Position numbers and translations under genes: made by a program. DNA of 64,000 bases, from contig NW_013657676.1 in the NCBI RefSeq assembly GCF_000142905.1, forward strand, positions 372,001-436,000, in the 5' to 3' direction. This DNA is from Thecamonas trahens ATCC 50062. Lineage: Eukaryota; Protista; Apusomonadida. Each line of letters starts with the position of its first letter. The first letter of the stretch is position 1. A model generated the notes under the pieces. It had not been told where the DNA came from and ran no database searches. It saw nothing but the letters and a program-made list of their open reading frames with translations. Positions 41,798 through 52,427 of the stretch are shown piece by piece.

Positions 41798-43939
41798 TCA
41801 TGCCGAGTCAGATGAGGCATCGGACGACGAGTCCGAGCCTGAGCTCGAGTTCGAGCCCGAGCCCGAGCCGGACGACGAATAGTACGACGACGATGACGAC
41901 GAGGACGGGAGCTCGACTGAGGCCGAGGGGGGGGTCGGCTTGGACGAGGCAGCCTTGGTTGGGGCGTTCGAGCAAGAGGGAGAGGTCCCAGCCGTCGATG
42001 ACGAAGCGGCGGCGGTCTCCGCAGTGGACTCGAGTGTGTCTGCGGAGCCGTAGCGGTTGTTGGCGAGGGCGGTCTCGTCGGCGGAGATGCCAAACTGGGC
42101 AGCCATGGTAGATAATGAGCGCAGATGGCGGGTAAGCGTGCCGCGCATGAGGTACTGCGAGAGCAGGTCGTCGTAGACCAACTGCTCGCGCTCGATGAGC
42201 GGGCGGCGGTCTGCGGCACGCCACGACTCTTGCACGGCCTCGTTGGCCTTTTGTAGGTCGCGGGCAGCCTTGAGGGCAAGCATGTCTTCCAGCCAGCCAT
42301 TGCGATCCTCGGCGCTGGAAGCCGCGAGGACGTAGAGCTTGTTGCCGATGTGGCGGACGCAAAACGCGTTCTTGGTCTTGCCGGTGTCGTCAAAGGTCGA
42401 GACCTCGACGGCCGAGAGCGGGAAGGCCTGGCGGACGACATACTTGGAGCGCGAGAGCTTCCGGCGCTTGGCCCAGACTAGATAGTCATTGAAGAGGACA
42501 AAGTGGCGCGTCTGCAGCTTGCCGCCCTTCATGTGCTTGACAAGGTCGCCCTTGCGAAGGACCCGGCGCGACTTGGACGGCGTCAGCAGCGTCTCCAGAC
42601 CCTCGAGCTGCGAGAGCACCTCCTGGACCTCCTTGCGCTCCTTGGAGATGATGGCGACCCGGTGCAGCTGCTCCTCGATGGCCGCCACCTGCTCCTGCAG
42701 GCGAAAGAGCTGCGGGCCGGATGGGAGGCCGCGGTTCGAGGTCGCTAGCGCGTCGACAAACTGCACGTACTGATTGAACCGCACCACTGGCGCTGAGAGC
42801 AAGACAGAGAGGGTCCGCTCGTCGGCCTGCGGACCATCGCCGACGCCTTCGCGGAGCAGCGCCTCAAACTGGGGATGGCTTTTGGTCGCTTGCGCCAGCA
42901 CCGTCATTGACTGCTGGTACGAGACCATGTACTGCGGGTAGAGCGGGAGGCCAGCTACCAGATCCTCCACCATGGGGATCGGCGTCGAAATGAGAGGGTC
43001 CTCGCGCCGCGCCCGCGACAGTTCGCGGTACGCGGTCGACGCGTGGGCGCGGATCTCGGCAAAGTTGCCAAAGATGAGGTCAAACGTCTCCTGCGGCAAC
43101 AGCGGCTCCTCGGCCTCAAGCAGTGGATGGACGTACAGCTTCCATGCCAGATTGAGGTCCGACACATACCGCAGCTCGGACGCAAAGTATTCGTACACAA
43201 GCTCGTGCTCGGCAAGATCATGCTCCTCGAGATCGTCGTAGTCGAGGCCCGAGTCGCGGAGAAAGGTGAAGAAGTTAAGCGGGGCCGATGCTCGCAACAA
43301 CGGGTTGGCCCACGTGTTCGAACGCTGCCGCTGCAGCGTCTCCTCGCGGTCTATGACCTTGAGCACCCCGCCCGGCATGCTCGAGCCCTTGGCCGTGATT
43401 GGCTCCGGCGCCGCCACAGGGCTCGGGAGCCGGTGGATCCCGCGCTTGACTGTGTAGTACTCGGTGTTTTCTCGCGTTGCCACATACCGCGCCCGCCACC
43501 TGCGCGCCATCGTCGGCACAGACATCTCCCGCGGTGCCGCCGCCGCATCCTCCTCCTGCGCAAGATAGTCCGGAATAGGGTCGTGCAGGTAGTCCTCCAC
43601 CTCACCCAGTGACGGTGGTGGGCCAAGGCTCCACATGTTGACATCGTCGAGCTCGTCGTCCGATGAGCTCAGCACCACCCCGGTCAGCTCCGTCTCCGTC
43701 ATCGAGCGCTCCGACAGGACTCCGCTGCCACCTGCACCGGCGCCAAACGAGCCGAACGACTCGGTCACGGGCTCTGTCAGTGTGTCAAGCAGCGCCACTC
43801 CATCGTCTGCAGTTGCACCGCTTTCTTCCAAGCTCACACGCCCGTCTGCGCTCTCCTCCACCGTCTCTCCAGTCTCGCTAGCCTCAGCCGGCGCCCCCGC
43901 ATGCGGCGGCGCGTCGCTAGGGACTTGGTCCCCGTCCAT
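41798..43939 (-). CDS. DH-PH Rho guanine nucleotide exchange factor
   Basis: EYFASELRYVSDL, LIFGNF, LLSAPVVRFNQY (DH); RVLRKGDL..RHFVLFNDYLV..AASSAEDRNGWL (PH). Confidence 0.9.
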   Translation of the reverse strand: MDGDQVPSDAPPHAGAPAEASETGETVEESADGRVSLEESGATADDGVALLDTLTEPVTESFGSFGAGAGGSGVLSERSMTETELTGVVLSSSDDELDDVNMWSLGPPPSLGEVEDYLHDPIPDYLAQEEDAAAAPREMSVPTMARRWRARYVATRENTEYYTVKRGIHRLPSPVAAPEPITAKGSSMPGGVLKVIDREETLQRQRSNTWANPLLRASAPLNFFTFLRDSGLDYDDLEEHDLAEHELVYEYFASELRYVSDLNLAWKLYVHPLLEAEEPLLPQETFDLIFGNFAEIRAHASTAYRELSRARREDPLISTPIPMVEDLVAGLPLYPQYMVSYQQSMTVLAQATKSHPQFEALLREGVGDGPQADERTLSVLLSAPVVRFNQYVQFVDALATSNRGLPSGPQLFRLQEQVAAIEEQLHRVAIISKERKEVQEVLSQLEGLETLLTPSKSRRVLRKGDLVKHMKGGKLQTRHFVLFNDYLVWAKRRKLSRSKYVVRQAFPLSAVEVSTFDDTGKTKNAFCVRHIGNKLYVLAASSAEDRNGWLEDMLALKAARDLQKANEAVQESWRAADRRPLIEREQLVYDDLLSQYLMRGTLTRHLRSLSTMAAQFGISADETALANNRYGSADTLESTAETAAASSSTAGTSPSCSNAPTKAASSKPTPPSASVELPSSSSSSSYYSSSGSGSGSNSSSGSDSSSDASSDSA

Positions 43940-44980
43940 CGACTCGGACCTACACATTCCGTTCGTTGCCCGCCAGCGCACACAGCCATATGAGTTCCAT
44001 CTGCACCACACACGCACGTCCCTATCTCACTGCTACCCACCCTCACCAGCTCTACATTGCCCTGTCGCTGTCCATGCCTGTCCCTAGGTAGCGCACGGAC
44101 GGAGCCAAAAAAGTGGCACCGTCCCGGAGGGGGGGGGGGAAGCGGACATGGTCACAGACCGGTGACACGTAGACACGTACATAGCCACAAGGGGTGCGTA
44201 TGAAGCAAGAATCGGCTCTTAGGGGGGGGGGGGGGTTGTTCTTCAGCCGGGGGCCACACAGCTGACACCGAGTTCAGGAAGGAGGAGGGGGGAAGGAGAC
44301 TTCCCGTAGGGACGGGGCGACAGGTGTGGTGTTTCGTGGCTACAATGGCCGGCAAGGGAGTGACTCGGCGGTGGTGGAGTCGGCCTGCGTCCGTGCGCGT
44401 TGACATGGAAGGTGAGTGGAGGCAATATTCACCCGTGGGTGGTAGGGTCGATAGAGGTATACGCCGGACGATCGCGCTGCGGCTGACGCTGGACATCGAT
44501 CTGGAGGGGAAGGGGAGTGGTGGAGGTCATCTGTGGAGGTGGTGATGGTCCCGGTAAAGAGAGCTGAAGCAGGGAGGGGAGGGGAGCGCGATAGAGGGAA
44601 GGACTTTGCGGCGAGGCTTTGCTGCAACAGTTCGAGCTGGGCAAAGTCAGGCTCTGGCGCGAATGACTTGCCGCGACTTGCGTTTCGCGGAGAAGTTGCA
44701 GCTGTGACGAGAGCCATCAGCTTGCGGGCTGCACAACACGCCAGCGCAATTAATCCCGCCCCAACGGTGAGACGAACCGAGGGCCACCATGGGCGAGCAC
44801 GGCAATCGGTGAGGTGTTGCTGGGGCTGGAACAGATATCGTCTCCTGGCAAGCTCGGCATCGGCTCGCACCTCGGGCCACCGCAAGCTAGGTCTCGGCGC
44901 TCGGGCTCCAACAGCTTGCAGCGTGCACGGCTGCAGCGCGGAGAGACGGCGATGCAAGGTAAAGCGCCAAAGCAACACGA

Positions 44981-45419
44981 CTACAGCGGCGGAGCAGACG
45001 ATCGGGATCTGATGTCGTCCATGACCACACCCAGTGCCTGCTGTGAGGCAGCCACATCAGCACGGGCCGACGCCTCAAACACCGTCCGCCAGCCGTCGTA
45101 CGACGCCGCCGCCGCCGCCACCGCCGATGCCAGCGGGGCCTCTGGCGCAGTCAGCGCACGCACACGCTCGAGCGCATTGCACCTGTACACCCCCGCCCCT
45201 CTTTCATGTTAGTGCTCAATCTGGCCCTTCCCTTGCCCCGTCTCTGTGTGTGGGACGGGGGTGGCGGCATGGCAAGTGCCGCAGAATCAAGCCTCTCCAC
45301 TCCCGCCTTTCTCTCCCGGCCAACCACAGCTACCGCACATACAGGTCCTGGACGACTCCAGAGATGTCTTGCAGCTCTTTCAGTACAGCACCCTGTTCGG
45401 GAGTTAGAGTCACTGACAT
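44981..45419 (-). CDS. Small (~92 aa) helical protein, 2 exons (45419-45343, 45182-44981); possible DASH/Dam1 complex subunit
   Basis: GTATGT..GTACAG intron joins MSVTLTPEQGAVLKELQDISGVVQDL|CNALERV..YDGWRTVFEAS in frame. Confidence 0.55.
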
Positions 45420-45505
45420 AGCGTCACGTTTGAAGACAGGTGGCCGAGGCTTTAGACTTGGGGAGTGGCTGCGTGGCCGAGCGCGGCCTCGTTCGCCGCG
45501 AGCGA

Positions 45506-47470
45506 CTACAGCAGGAACCCGACCTGCTTGCAAAAAGCGACAGCGAGGTCGGTCGGAGCGAGTGGGTGGTACGCACTGCGCCAGCCGTGGTGCCCGATGT
45601 TGAGCGTGACAAACAGCGGGTGTGGATCAGATGGCGGCTGGGTCTCGAGCGTGTGCTGATGTCGAAGATGTGCTGCGACGTAGTTGGGCGAGGCTACCGC
45701 AGCAAGCAGCGCATTCAGGGTGGTTGCAGCCGCCTCCTTGCTACTGGCAGGCATCTGCTGGAGTGCAAGCGGCTTTGCTGTGGCCAAAGGCTCCCGAAGC
45801 ACTGCGTCTCTTCCGATCTCGCGCCACCAGCTTGCAGCAGCACTGACGAGTTCGGGCAGACCGTCAACATCGAGTAGGACGTCGACTGGAGTCGCGCCAT
45901 ACGATGCACTTGCTGCGGCGCGCTCAACGTCTTTGCGTGTGATCGCACGTGATGGACGGCCAAGCGCAGCGTACGGAAGCGCAGTGTATGCGTTGACAGT
46001 CGAGAGGGTTGTAGCCAGCGACATGTCGTGCCCGTCGGCTGACGGGGCCCAAGCACCCGTTGTCCACGACCGCGATAGCCTCGGCTCGGCAAGCAGAAGC
46101 GTGGATAGCTCGTCGCGGACGGTACGAGCACCAACGGCACCGGGACCAAGACCATCGCGAGAAAATGCAGCCAGGACGCCGTAGGTGTAGAACATTCGCC
46201 AGTGGATTTGCTCGCCGACCGGAAAGGGATGGGCCAAGAGGCTGCGGATGAGATAGTCGGCGACAGTTCCGGTGCTCTCGATGAGGTGCTGTGCCAGCGG
46301 GCGGACGACCAGCATTGGAGTGTGCGATGGAGGCGCTAGCAGTGACCGGCCTCCATACAACGCCTCGGTGTGGAAGTGGCTCCGATGCCGCGAGCCAGCG
46401 CTGCGCATCTGGGCCACCAGCGCGGCGTGAGCCTCGGCGGCAGCAGCAGGCACAGCATCGGCGAGGGCTCCGACAATCGCTCGGTCACGGAGGAGCTCGC
46501 GGGTGTGGTACATCGAGACCCACTCTGAGTTCAAGACATGCTCGTCCGAAACATGCCAAATCGATCGCTCTGGTGAGCTGCGCATCTTGGCAGAGAGCAC
46601 GGCGTTTTCCAGAGTTGCGTCGTCAACGATGAGATGCGGCTCGACGTCGAGGCGGAGGCCGAAACGCGGGCTCCACCACGGCGAGAGGCCGCTTGGCTTG
46701 GCCACAAGCATACCTGGACGAAATACAAGCGAGAGAGGTGCAAGATCCGGAACGTATGCGCCAAACGCCGCCAACAGCTGGGTATTGAAAAGCGGGAGCG
46801 GCGAGTCGGCCAGCCTTGTCACCGCAGAGGCAGTCTTGGCTGCGAGGCTCGCCACGGCATCGGGCGCGATCAGAGCCAGCGCGTCGCACACCGCCTCAAT
46901 CAGCTCAGCATGGCTCACAAGCTCTACTCGTGTGCCGAAACGGGCCTCAAGCCGGCCAAACGAAGCTTTGGTCGGGGTGACGACAACGACCTTGCGGATC
47001 CAGGGCATGTTGGCGATGATCGAGGCCACAGTAGCCTCGACGAGAACCGTTGAATTGAAGCGCGCATCGATGGAGTCTTTTCCAGCAGCAGCAGCAGAGC
47101 GGGCTGCAGAGCGTGCGGCTTGCTCGGTTGGGTGATCGGCGACGCCTGCGGAGCGACCGGCCCGACGGGCGGCGGCGGCGTAGTCCGGCTCAAACTGGTC
47201 TGCAGCAAAGAGGAGGGCATCAACACAGCCCAAGGCCCGCAGCGGGCCCATGAGCCGTGTCACCTTTCCGTGGCCCATGGCACCGAGAGTGCGCGCCAGT
47301 GGAGCGCACCACGCTGCGCCTGCGTTGCCCGGACGGTCGGCGCCGCGAAGGGTGGGGGTCGGCGCCGCTGGTGGAAACTGCAATGGCTGTAGCGTCGGAG
47401 CGAGGAAGAACATACCGATGGCTACGACAAGAGCGACATAGGCTCCGGCTAGCCATGCAGTCAGTGCCAT
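45506..47470 (-). CDS. Stealth-family (hexose-1-phosphate transferase-like) type II membrane protein with degenerate catalytic motifs
   Basis: N-terminal TM. CR2-like RFNSTVLVEATVASIIANMPWIRKVVVVT..VELVSHAELI..LPLFNT. CR3-like SHTPMLV. CR4-like FVTLN. Confidence 0.7.
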   Translation of the reverse strand: MALTAWLAGAYVALVVAIGMFFLAPTLQPLQFPPAAPTPTLRGADRPGNAGAAWCAPLARTLGAMGHGKVTRLMGPLRALGCVDALLFAADQFEPDYAAAARRAGRSAGVADHPTEQAARSAARSAAAAGKDSIDARFNSTVLVEATVASIIANMPWIRKVVVVTPTKASFGRLEARFGTRVELVSHAELIEAVCDALALIAPDAVASLAAKTASAVTRLADSPLPLFNTQLLAAFGAYVPDLAPLSLVFRPGMLVAKPSGLSPWWSPRFGLRLDVEPHLIVDDATLENAVLSAKMRSSPERSIWHVSDEHVLNSEWVSMYHTRELLRDRAIVGALADAVPAAAAEAHAALVAQMRSAGSRHRSHFHTEALYGGRSLLAPPSHTPMLVVRPLAQHLIESTGTVADYLIRSLLAHPFPVGEQIHWRMFYTYGVLAAFSRDGLGPGAVGARTVRDELSTLLLAEPRLSRSWTTGAWAPSADGHDMSLATTLSTVNAYTALPYAALGRPSRAITRKDVERAAASASYGATPVDVLLDVDGLPELVSAAASWWREIGRDAVLREPLATAKPLALQQMPASSKEAAATTLNALLAAVASPNYVAAHLRHQHTLETQPPSDPHPLFVTLNIGHHGWRSAYHPLAPTDLAVAFCKQVGFLL

Positions 47471-47507
47471 GGCCGGCCTTCACTTGAGCCAGCCACAAGA
47501 GCGGTGT

Positions 47508-48947
47508 TTACTGCCCGGCGGTCGGCCCGCTGCTTGTCCGCGGGCGCGACGGCGACGGCGGACTGCTCAGTGTAGCGCGGTAGGATGGAGGCGCAGGCTG
47601 CGGCGAAAGTGGAGCGACGACCTCAAAGAGGGCGCGCCTGTCAAAGTCCGAGTAGATGAGAGCGCAGAGCCGCTCAAGCGAGGCAACGCCAGAGAGGTCG
47701 GTGTTGATGGCGGTGGCGGCGCCGTTGGCCTCGGTCTCGACCACCTTGGAGGCGACGCCGACCAGCGGGCCGATGAACCGGGCAAACGGCAGCTTGGCCG
47801 CCGAGGCGGTAGTCGGCGCAGCGGAAGAGCCCGGCTCGGGCCGCAGCGCCACGTTTGATGCCAGGAGCGCCGAGTGGCGCGCAAAGGCGACGTCAAGGCA
47901 GTCGCGGAAGACCGGGACCATGTCCGGCGAGCTGATGTGCTCGTGGAGTTCCGAGACGAGCAGGTCGAGCTTGGCGGCAAAGAGCGGATGGCTCGGGTCC
48001 TCGTCGGGCGTGGCTGGACTCGCTGCCGGCGGAGCCAAGGCGGCCAGCTTGGCGGCGTCGGCGGCGGCCTCGTCGGGGGTCGGCACCAGGTACTGCGCCA
48101 GCGGCGATGGTGCGCCGGCAGCGGCGGCAGGAAGCTCAATGTCGCGGCGGACGGCGGCGATGAGGCCGGCGATCGAGTCGACAGACTGCGGCTGGGTGAG
48201 CGAGACCGGGGCAAGAACAGCATCAACCGCAGCTTCGACATGCAGAGCAAGGCGGCGGATGCCGACCTTGAGGAAGAAGAAGCACCGCCCAAGGTACTTG
48301 TGCTTGAGCACATCAGACGCGCACGGCGCGCCGGTGGTGGCTGCCTGGACAAGATCCAGGTACACGTTGCGCCCGAGAATGTTGAGCTGGGTCCGGAACA
48401 GCACCTTGAGCAGCGCCACCGCATACACGCCCAACACTCCATGGATGACCGCCAGCCGGACAAGACGGAGCCAGGCCGCGGCCTTCTCTTCCTTGGACAG
48501 CGGCGTCTCTCGCGCAGCGCGCAGCTCGGCCGCTGTCTGGGCCATGGGCACAATGTCGCCAATCTGTTCGCCTACCAGCGCAATCCAACGCAACAGTGTC
48601 TCATCTGCAGCCTGCTGAGTCGTCTTAAAGTGGCTCTGCATGCGGGCGAGAACCTCATCGTCGTCGGTGGCATCGCTTGCCGAGCTCGGCCCGGCACCGC
48701 TCGCAAGCTGATCCTTCCACGGCATCTCACAATCCTCGCCGCTATCATCCTTTCCAGCCGCCGTGACCCGCCCATCGCGCCCGAGTCGCATGCCTGTCGA
48801 CTCTGCCATGGCCTCGAGCGCCTGAGTTCCATACGAAGTAGCCGTCAGCTGGTCGTAGAGCCACACCGAGCCGGCGGCGGCCATGGTAGTGTATGCCACC
48901 TTGCGCCAGTGCTGGGCAAAGTACTTCCCCACGCACGAGCCAAACAT
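47508..48947 (-). CDS. PEX3: Peroxin 3
   Basis: HWRKV + TM, RMQSHFKTTQQAADET, KAAAWLRL, LFRTQLNILGRNVYLD, KLPFARFI, ALIYSDF. Confidence 0.9.
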   Translation of the reverse strand: MFGSCVGKYFAQHWRKVAYTTMAAAGSVWLYDQLTATSYGTQALEAMAESTGMRLGRDGRVTAAGKDDSGEDCEMPWKDQLASGAGPSSASDATDDDEVLARMQSHFKTTQQAADETLLRWIALVGEQIGDIVPMAQTAAELRAARETPLSKEEKAAAWLRLVRLAVIHGVLGVYAVALLKVLFRTQLNILGRNVYLDLVQAATTGAPCASDVLKHKYLGRCFFFLKVGIRRLALHVEAAVDAVLAPVSLTQPQSVDSIAGLIAAVRRDIELPAAAAGAPSPLAQYLVPTPDEAAADAAKLAALAPPAASPATPDEDPSHPLFAAKLDLLVSELHEHISSPDMVPVFRDCLDVAFARHSALLASNVALRPEPGSSAAPTTASAAKLPFARFIGPLVGVASKVVETEANGAATAINTDLSGVASLERLCALIYSDFDRRALFEVVAPLSPQPAPPSYRATLSSPPSPSRPRTSSGPTAGQ

Positions 48948-49230
48948 ATCTACAACCACACCACGCAAGCTCTCTATCTAGCCTTGGGGCTTGTGTGCTA
49001 TTGGCGAGAGGAGTGGCCCCGAGGCTTGAGTACTGCCTCCCCCCCCCCCCCCCCCCCCCCCACCCTGGAGTGCTTTCTGATCTAACACCTTGCCATGACC
49101 AGCAACCCGGATCTTTGACCTGATACCAATACGCCATCCAAACAACGTCGGCCAAGAGGAAGTCATGCATCCGTGGCCAATATTGCATGGAAACGCGGTG
49201 GGCGTCGCCAGGGTCCCTCACTACCAGGGC

Positions 49231-49330
49231 NNNNNNNNNNNNNNNNNNNNNNNNNNNNNNNNNNNNNNNNNNNNNNNNNNNNNNNNNNNNNNNNNNNNNN
49301 NNNNNNNNNNNNNNNNNNNNNNNNNNNNNN
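49231..49330. other. Assembly gap (100 N)
   Basis: N run. Confidence 1.
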
Positions 49331-49622
49331 GCCACATCATCAACGTATGTCTCTGCGTCCCCCCGCTTGATCAACGGCATGATACAAGTGCACACAGGCA
49401 AAGGCAAAGGTCAAAGAAGATGTAAGCTCCGAGCGTCTGTGTGTGGGGCGAGGATGCGACTTGTATCGGGCTGTCATCATCATCGAGCATCAGCAGCATT
49501 GGTGTCGCATGGACGGCCGGCCTGGCCTGGGCTTGGGCCACCAGCCGCCTGCCTACGGCTACCTAACTGCCCACGGCTTCATTTAGTTTACCTTGTATTA
49601 GCTCGCGACGTGAATACGGTGG

Positions 49623-50207
49623 ATGGCTAGAGCTGGCGACGACGGCGTGGCTGGCGACGGGGCGGGCGGCGTGGCTGGCGACGGGGCGGGCGGCGTGACG
49701 GGAGGGAGGGCCGAGCTACCGCCGCTGGTGCCGCTGGCCGAGTATCGGGCGGCGCAAAAGGAAGTGGTGGCAGGCAAGGGTGGATGCTCGGGCTACGTGA
49801 TTGGCGTGTGCGTGATGCTGGTGCTGGTTCTCGGCGTGGCTGCGCTCAAGGATCAGACATTGTCGTTCTCCTACGCAGACGAGATCGTGGCGTCGTCGTA
49901 CGCCACTCTTGGCCTCTCGTCCGATGCCGACATGGCTGCCGTCCGCAAGGCCTACCGCAAGCTGGCACGTATATACCACCCGGATACCACGTCGCTTGAA
50001 GACAAGGATGCAGCCCATCGCCGGTTTGTGGAGATCGCGCGCGCGTACAAGAACATCAAGTCGCTGGCTCAGGACGGCCGCGCCACTGTCGAGGACGTGC
50101 AGTATGACTCGGATCGCATGGCCCATCCAGTGACTCCGCCGCCTCCGCCGCGATCGCGCCCGCGTCCTCGCACACGACGGGCACGCGCCTCGCGGCCACG
50201 GCGCTGA
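49623..50207 (+). CDS. Membrane-anchored J-domain (DnaJ type III) protein
   Basis: TM segment VIGVCVMLVLVLGVAAL; YATLGL..VRKAYRKLARIYHPD..FVEIARAY. Confidence 0.88.
   Translation: MARAGDDGVAGDGAGGVAGDGAGGVTGGRAELPPLVPLAEYRAAQKEVVAGKGGCSGYVIGVCVMLVLVLGVAALKDQTLSFSYADEIVASSYATLGLSSDADMAAVRKAYRKLARIYHPDTTSLEDKDAAHRRFVEIARAYKNIKSLAQDGRATVEDVQYDSDRMAHPVTPPPPPRSRPRPRTRRARASRPRR
49644..49697 (+). repeat. 24-bp tandem duplication encoding GVAGDGAG
   Basis: Directly visible. Confidence 0.85.
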
Positions 50208-50418
50208 TCTGCACGGCATACCCGCGTCGAGCGCGACATCGTCCGCCGACGCGCTTGATACTGCAAGCGCTGATGCTGCAGCACGCATGGCCTTTGCTAG
50301 CCAATACACACCATCTTGCCACACGTGCATCCAGACAAGCCGCCCATCTCTTGATGTGCCACGATGTACAGCTTTCCGGGACTAAAGCCGCCCACCGCTA
50401 CACTCGACTCATCCGGCG

Positions 50419-51809
50419 ATGGGCATCTCCGGCTTGTTGCCGGCGCTCCATGGGGCGACTACTGCAATCCACGTCTCTGAGCTTACTGGGAGCGTTGTTG
50501 GAGTCGATGGAGCAAGTTGGCTCTTCCGCGGCGGCTACATCTGCGCACACGAGCTCTGCACAGGCAGGCCGACCCGGCGGTTTGCCGACTACGTCCTCGA
50601 CGCAGCGCAGACACTGGTGGATGCAGGACTCACACCTGTGGTTGTCTTTGACGGCGCTGTGGTTCCGGTCAAGGCCGAGCTCGAGGCCGTGCGGTGCGCA
50701 TCGAGGGCGAGCCAGGTTGCCGAAGGCCTCGCCCAACTGGCTGGAGGCAACAAGTGTGGCTACCGCAAGCTCATGGCCGGCTTCCCAGTCTCATGCGAGA
50801 TGGCGGCGGCGGCAAAGCAGGTGCTGGATGCAGCTGGTATCGCCTGCATGTTTGCACCGTACGAGGCCGATGCCCAGCTCGCTGCCCTCTTCCACGCCGG
50901 TGTCATCTCGGCTGTCGTCACCGACGACTCGGACATGCTCGCCTACGGCGTCGATCGCGTACTGGTCAAGTTCAACAAGGACTCTGGCCGTGCGCACATG
51001 ATCCGGCTGGCCCATCTCGCTCGCTCGACCAGCCTCGATTTGGTCGGCTTTGATGGTGACATGTTCTTGCACATGTGCATCCTCGCCGGCTGCGACTACG
51101 GGCCCTCGCTCCGTGGCACAGGTCTCAAGCGCGCACATGCTCTTGTCAAGCACGCGCCGACGCTTGCTACGCTGTTGAACGTTCTCGCGGCGACTGACAC
51201 CGTACCACGCTCCTACCTCACGGCCTTTCTTGCTGCCCGGCTCACCTTTCGCCATCAGACCGTGTTTGATCCCGCAAGCCACGAGGCGAGGCCGCTCTTC
51301 CCGCTCGATTTGGCGTCCATCCCTCCACTGCCACACGACGCCCCGCCGCTGCCAGCCGATCTGCATGCGGCCGTCCTCGGCCCGCTCCATCCACCAGCTC
51401 TCGCCCGCGCCATCGCCGCCGGGCACCTGCATCCAGCCACGTTGAGGCCGCTCGTCCCTCTCTCGTTTCCCAACGACAGCGATGGCGACGAGGGCAATGC
51501 GATCGCTAGCAAAGCTGCTTCCTCCTCGTCTTTGTGTAAGTCTCATCGCAAGCGCAAGCATGGATCGTTGACGCCGCCGCTGCGCCTCTCACTCGGCTCG
51601 TACTCGGACTCGCCTTCGCCGGAAGCCCGGGCTCCCTCCTCGCCTCGTCCTCGTCCTCGGACACCTCCTCGTTCTCGCTTCCATCTGTCCTACAACCATT
51701 ATCTGCGCCATCGTCGCCCTCAACCCGTGCATCCGTGCCAGAGCCATACCTTCCACCAGCCAAGAAGCATCGTTCCTTGGCGACCGCCGCCGCGCCGCGC
51801 GTCGAGTAG
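50419..51809 (+). CDS. EXO1: Exonuclease 1 (XPG/FEN1 family); apparent 1-nt frameshift near 51643 in the disordered tail
   Basis: MGISGLLP, VGVDGASWL, VVFDG, APYEADAQLA, TDDSDML, CILAGCDY, FRHQTVFDP. The shifted frame gives a plausible end PPAKKHR..VE*. Confidence 0.9.
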
Positions 51810-51888
51810 GACACCCGCGCACCGCGCACCCTCAACGCTCACAGCGCACCGCGCACTGGCGCCACCACTTCTCTCCCATCCCACCAAC

Positions 51889-52427
51889 ATGGCGTACGTG
51901 GCCACGCTCATCTTCTCCTCTCCTCTCATTACTCACCTTTCTGTACTCACCTTTCCCCCTCCCACAGTGACCCTGTGGTCCACCTGGGCATGGAGCGCGA
52001 GCCGGAGCGGGCGGCTAAGCTCGCCCGATTCATGGCTCAGGCGGCGGCAGCGGCCGAGGCATCCGAGGCGGCGCAGGCAGCAGAAGCAGCACAGACAGCA
52101 AATGCGACCGATACAGCAGGTGGAAATGGCACAGGCGCAAGCGGTGGAGATGAGGGCTCCGGCAGTGCTGGCGCCGGTGCGATTGCCGGTGATGGCGATG
52201 AGACGGCAAGGCTCGTGGCCATCGGCGAGCAAGATGATATCTACGCCGAAGTTGGCGACGAGTACGAGGTCACGGCCACCGATCACATCAACGCCAAGCT
52301 CCTCTCCTCCTTCAAGTCATTCCTCGAGACCGGGAACCAGCCGGCGGCCATGACTGTTGCCTGCGAGAAGGGCAAGGACGAGGGCTCTGCCGACGACTCG
52401 TGGGACGACGATGATGACGACTTTTGA
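51889..52427 (+). CDS. Small acidic hypothetical protein, 2 exons (51889-51893, 51968-52427)
   Basis: ATG GC|GTACGT..CCCACAG|T GAC joins in frame; contains TATDHINAKLLSSFKSFL and an acidic WDDDDDDF tail. Confidence 0.7.

Noticed and set aside
44340-44978. 212-aa minus-strand ORF between the RhoGEF and the small helical gene
   Set aside because: Non-ATG start, no coding-like codon bias or motifs; probably UTR or intergenic
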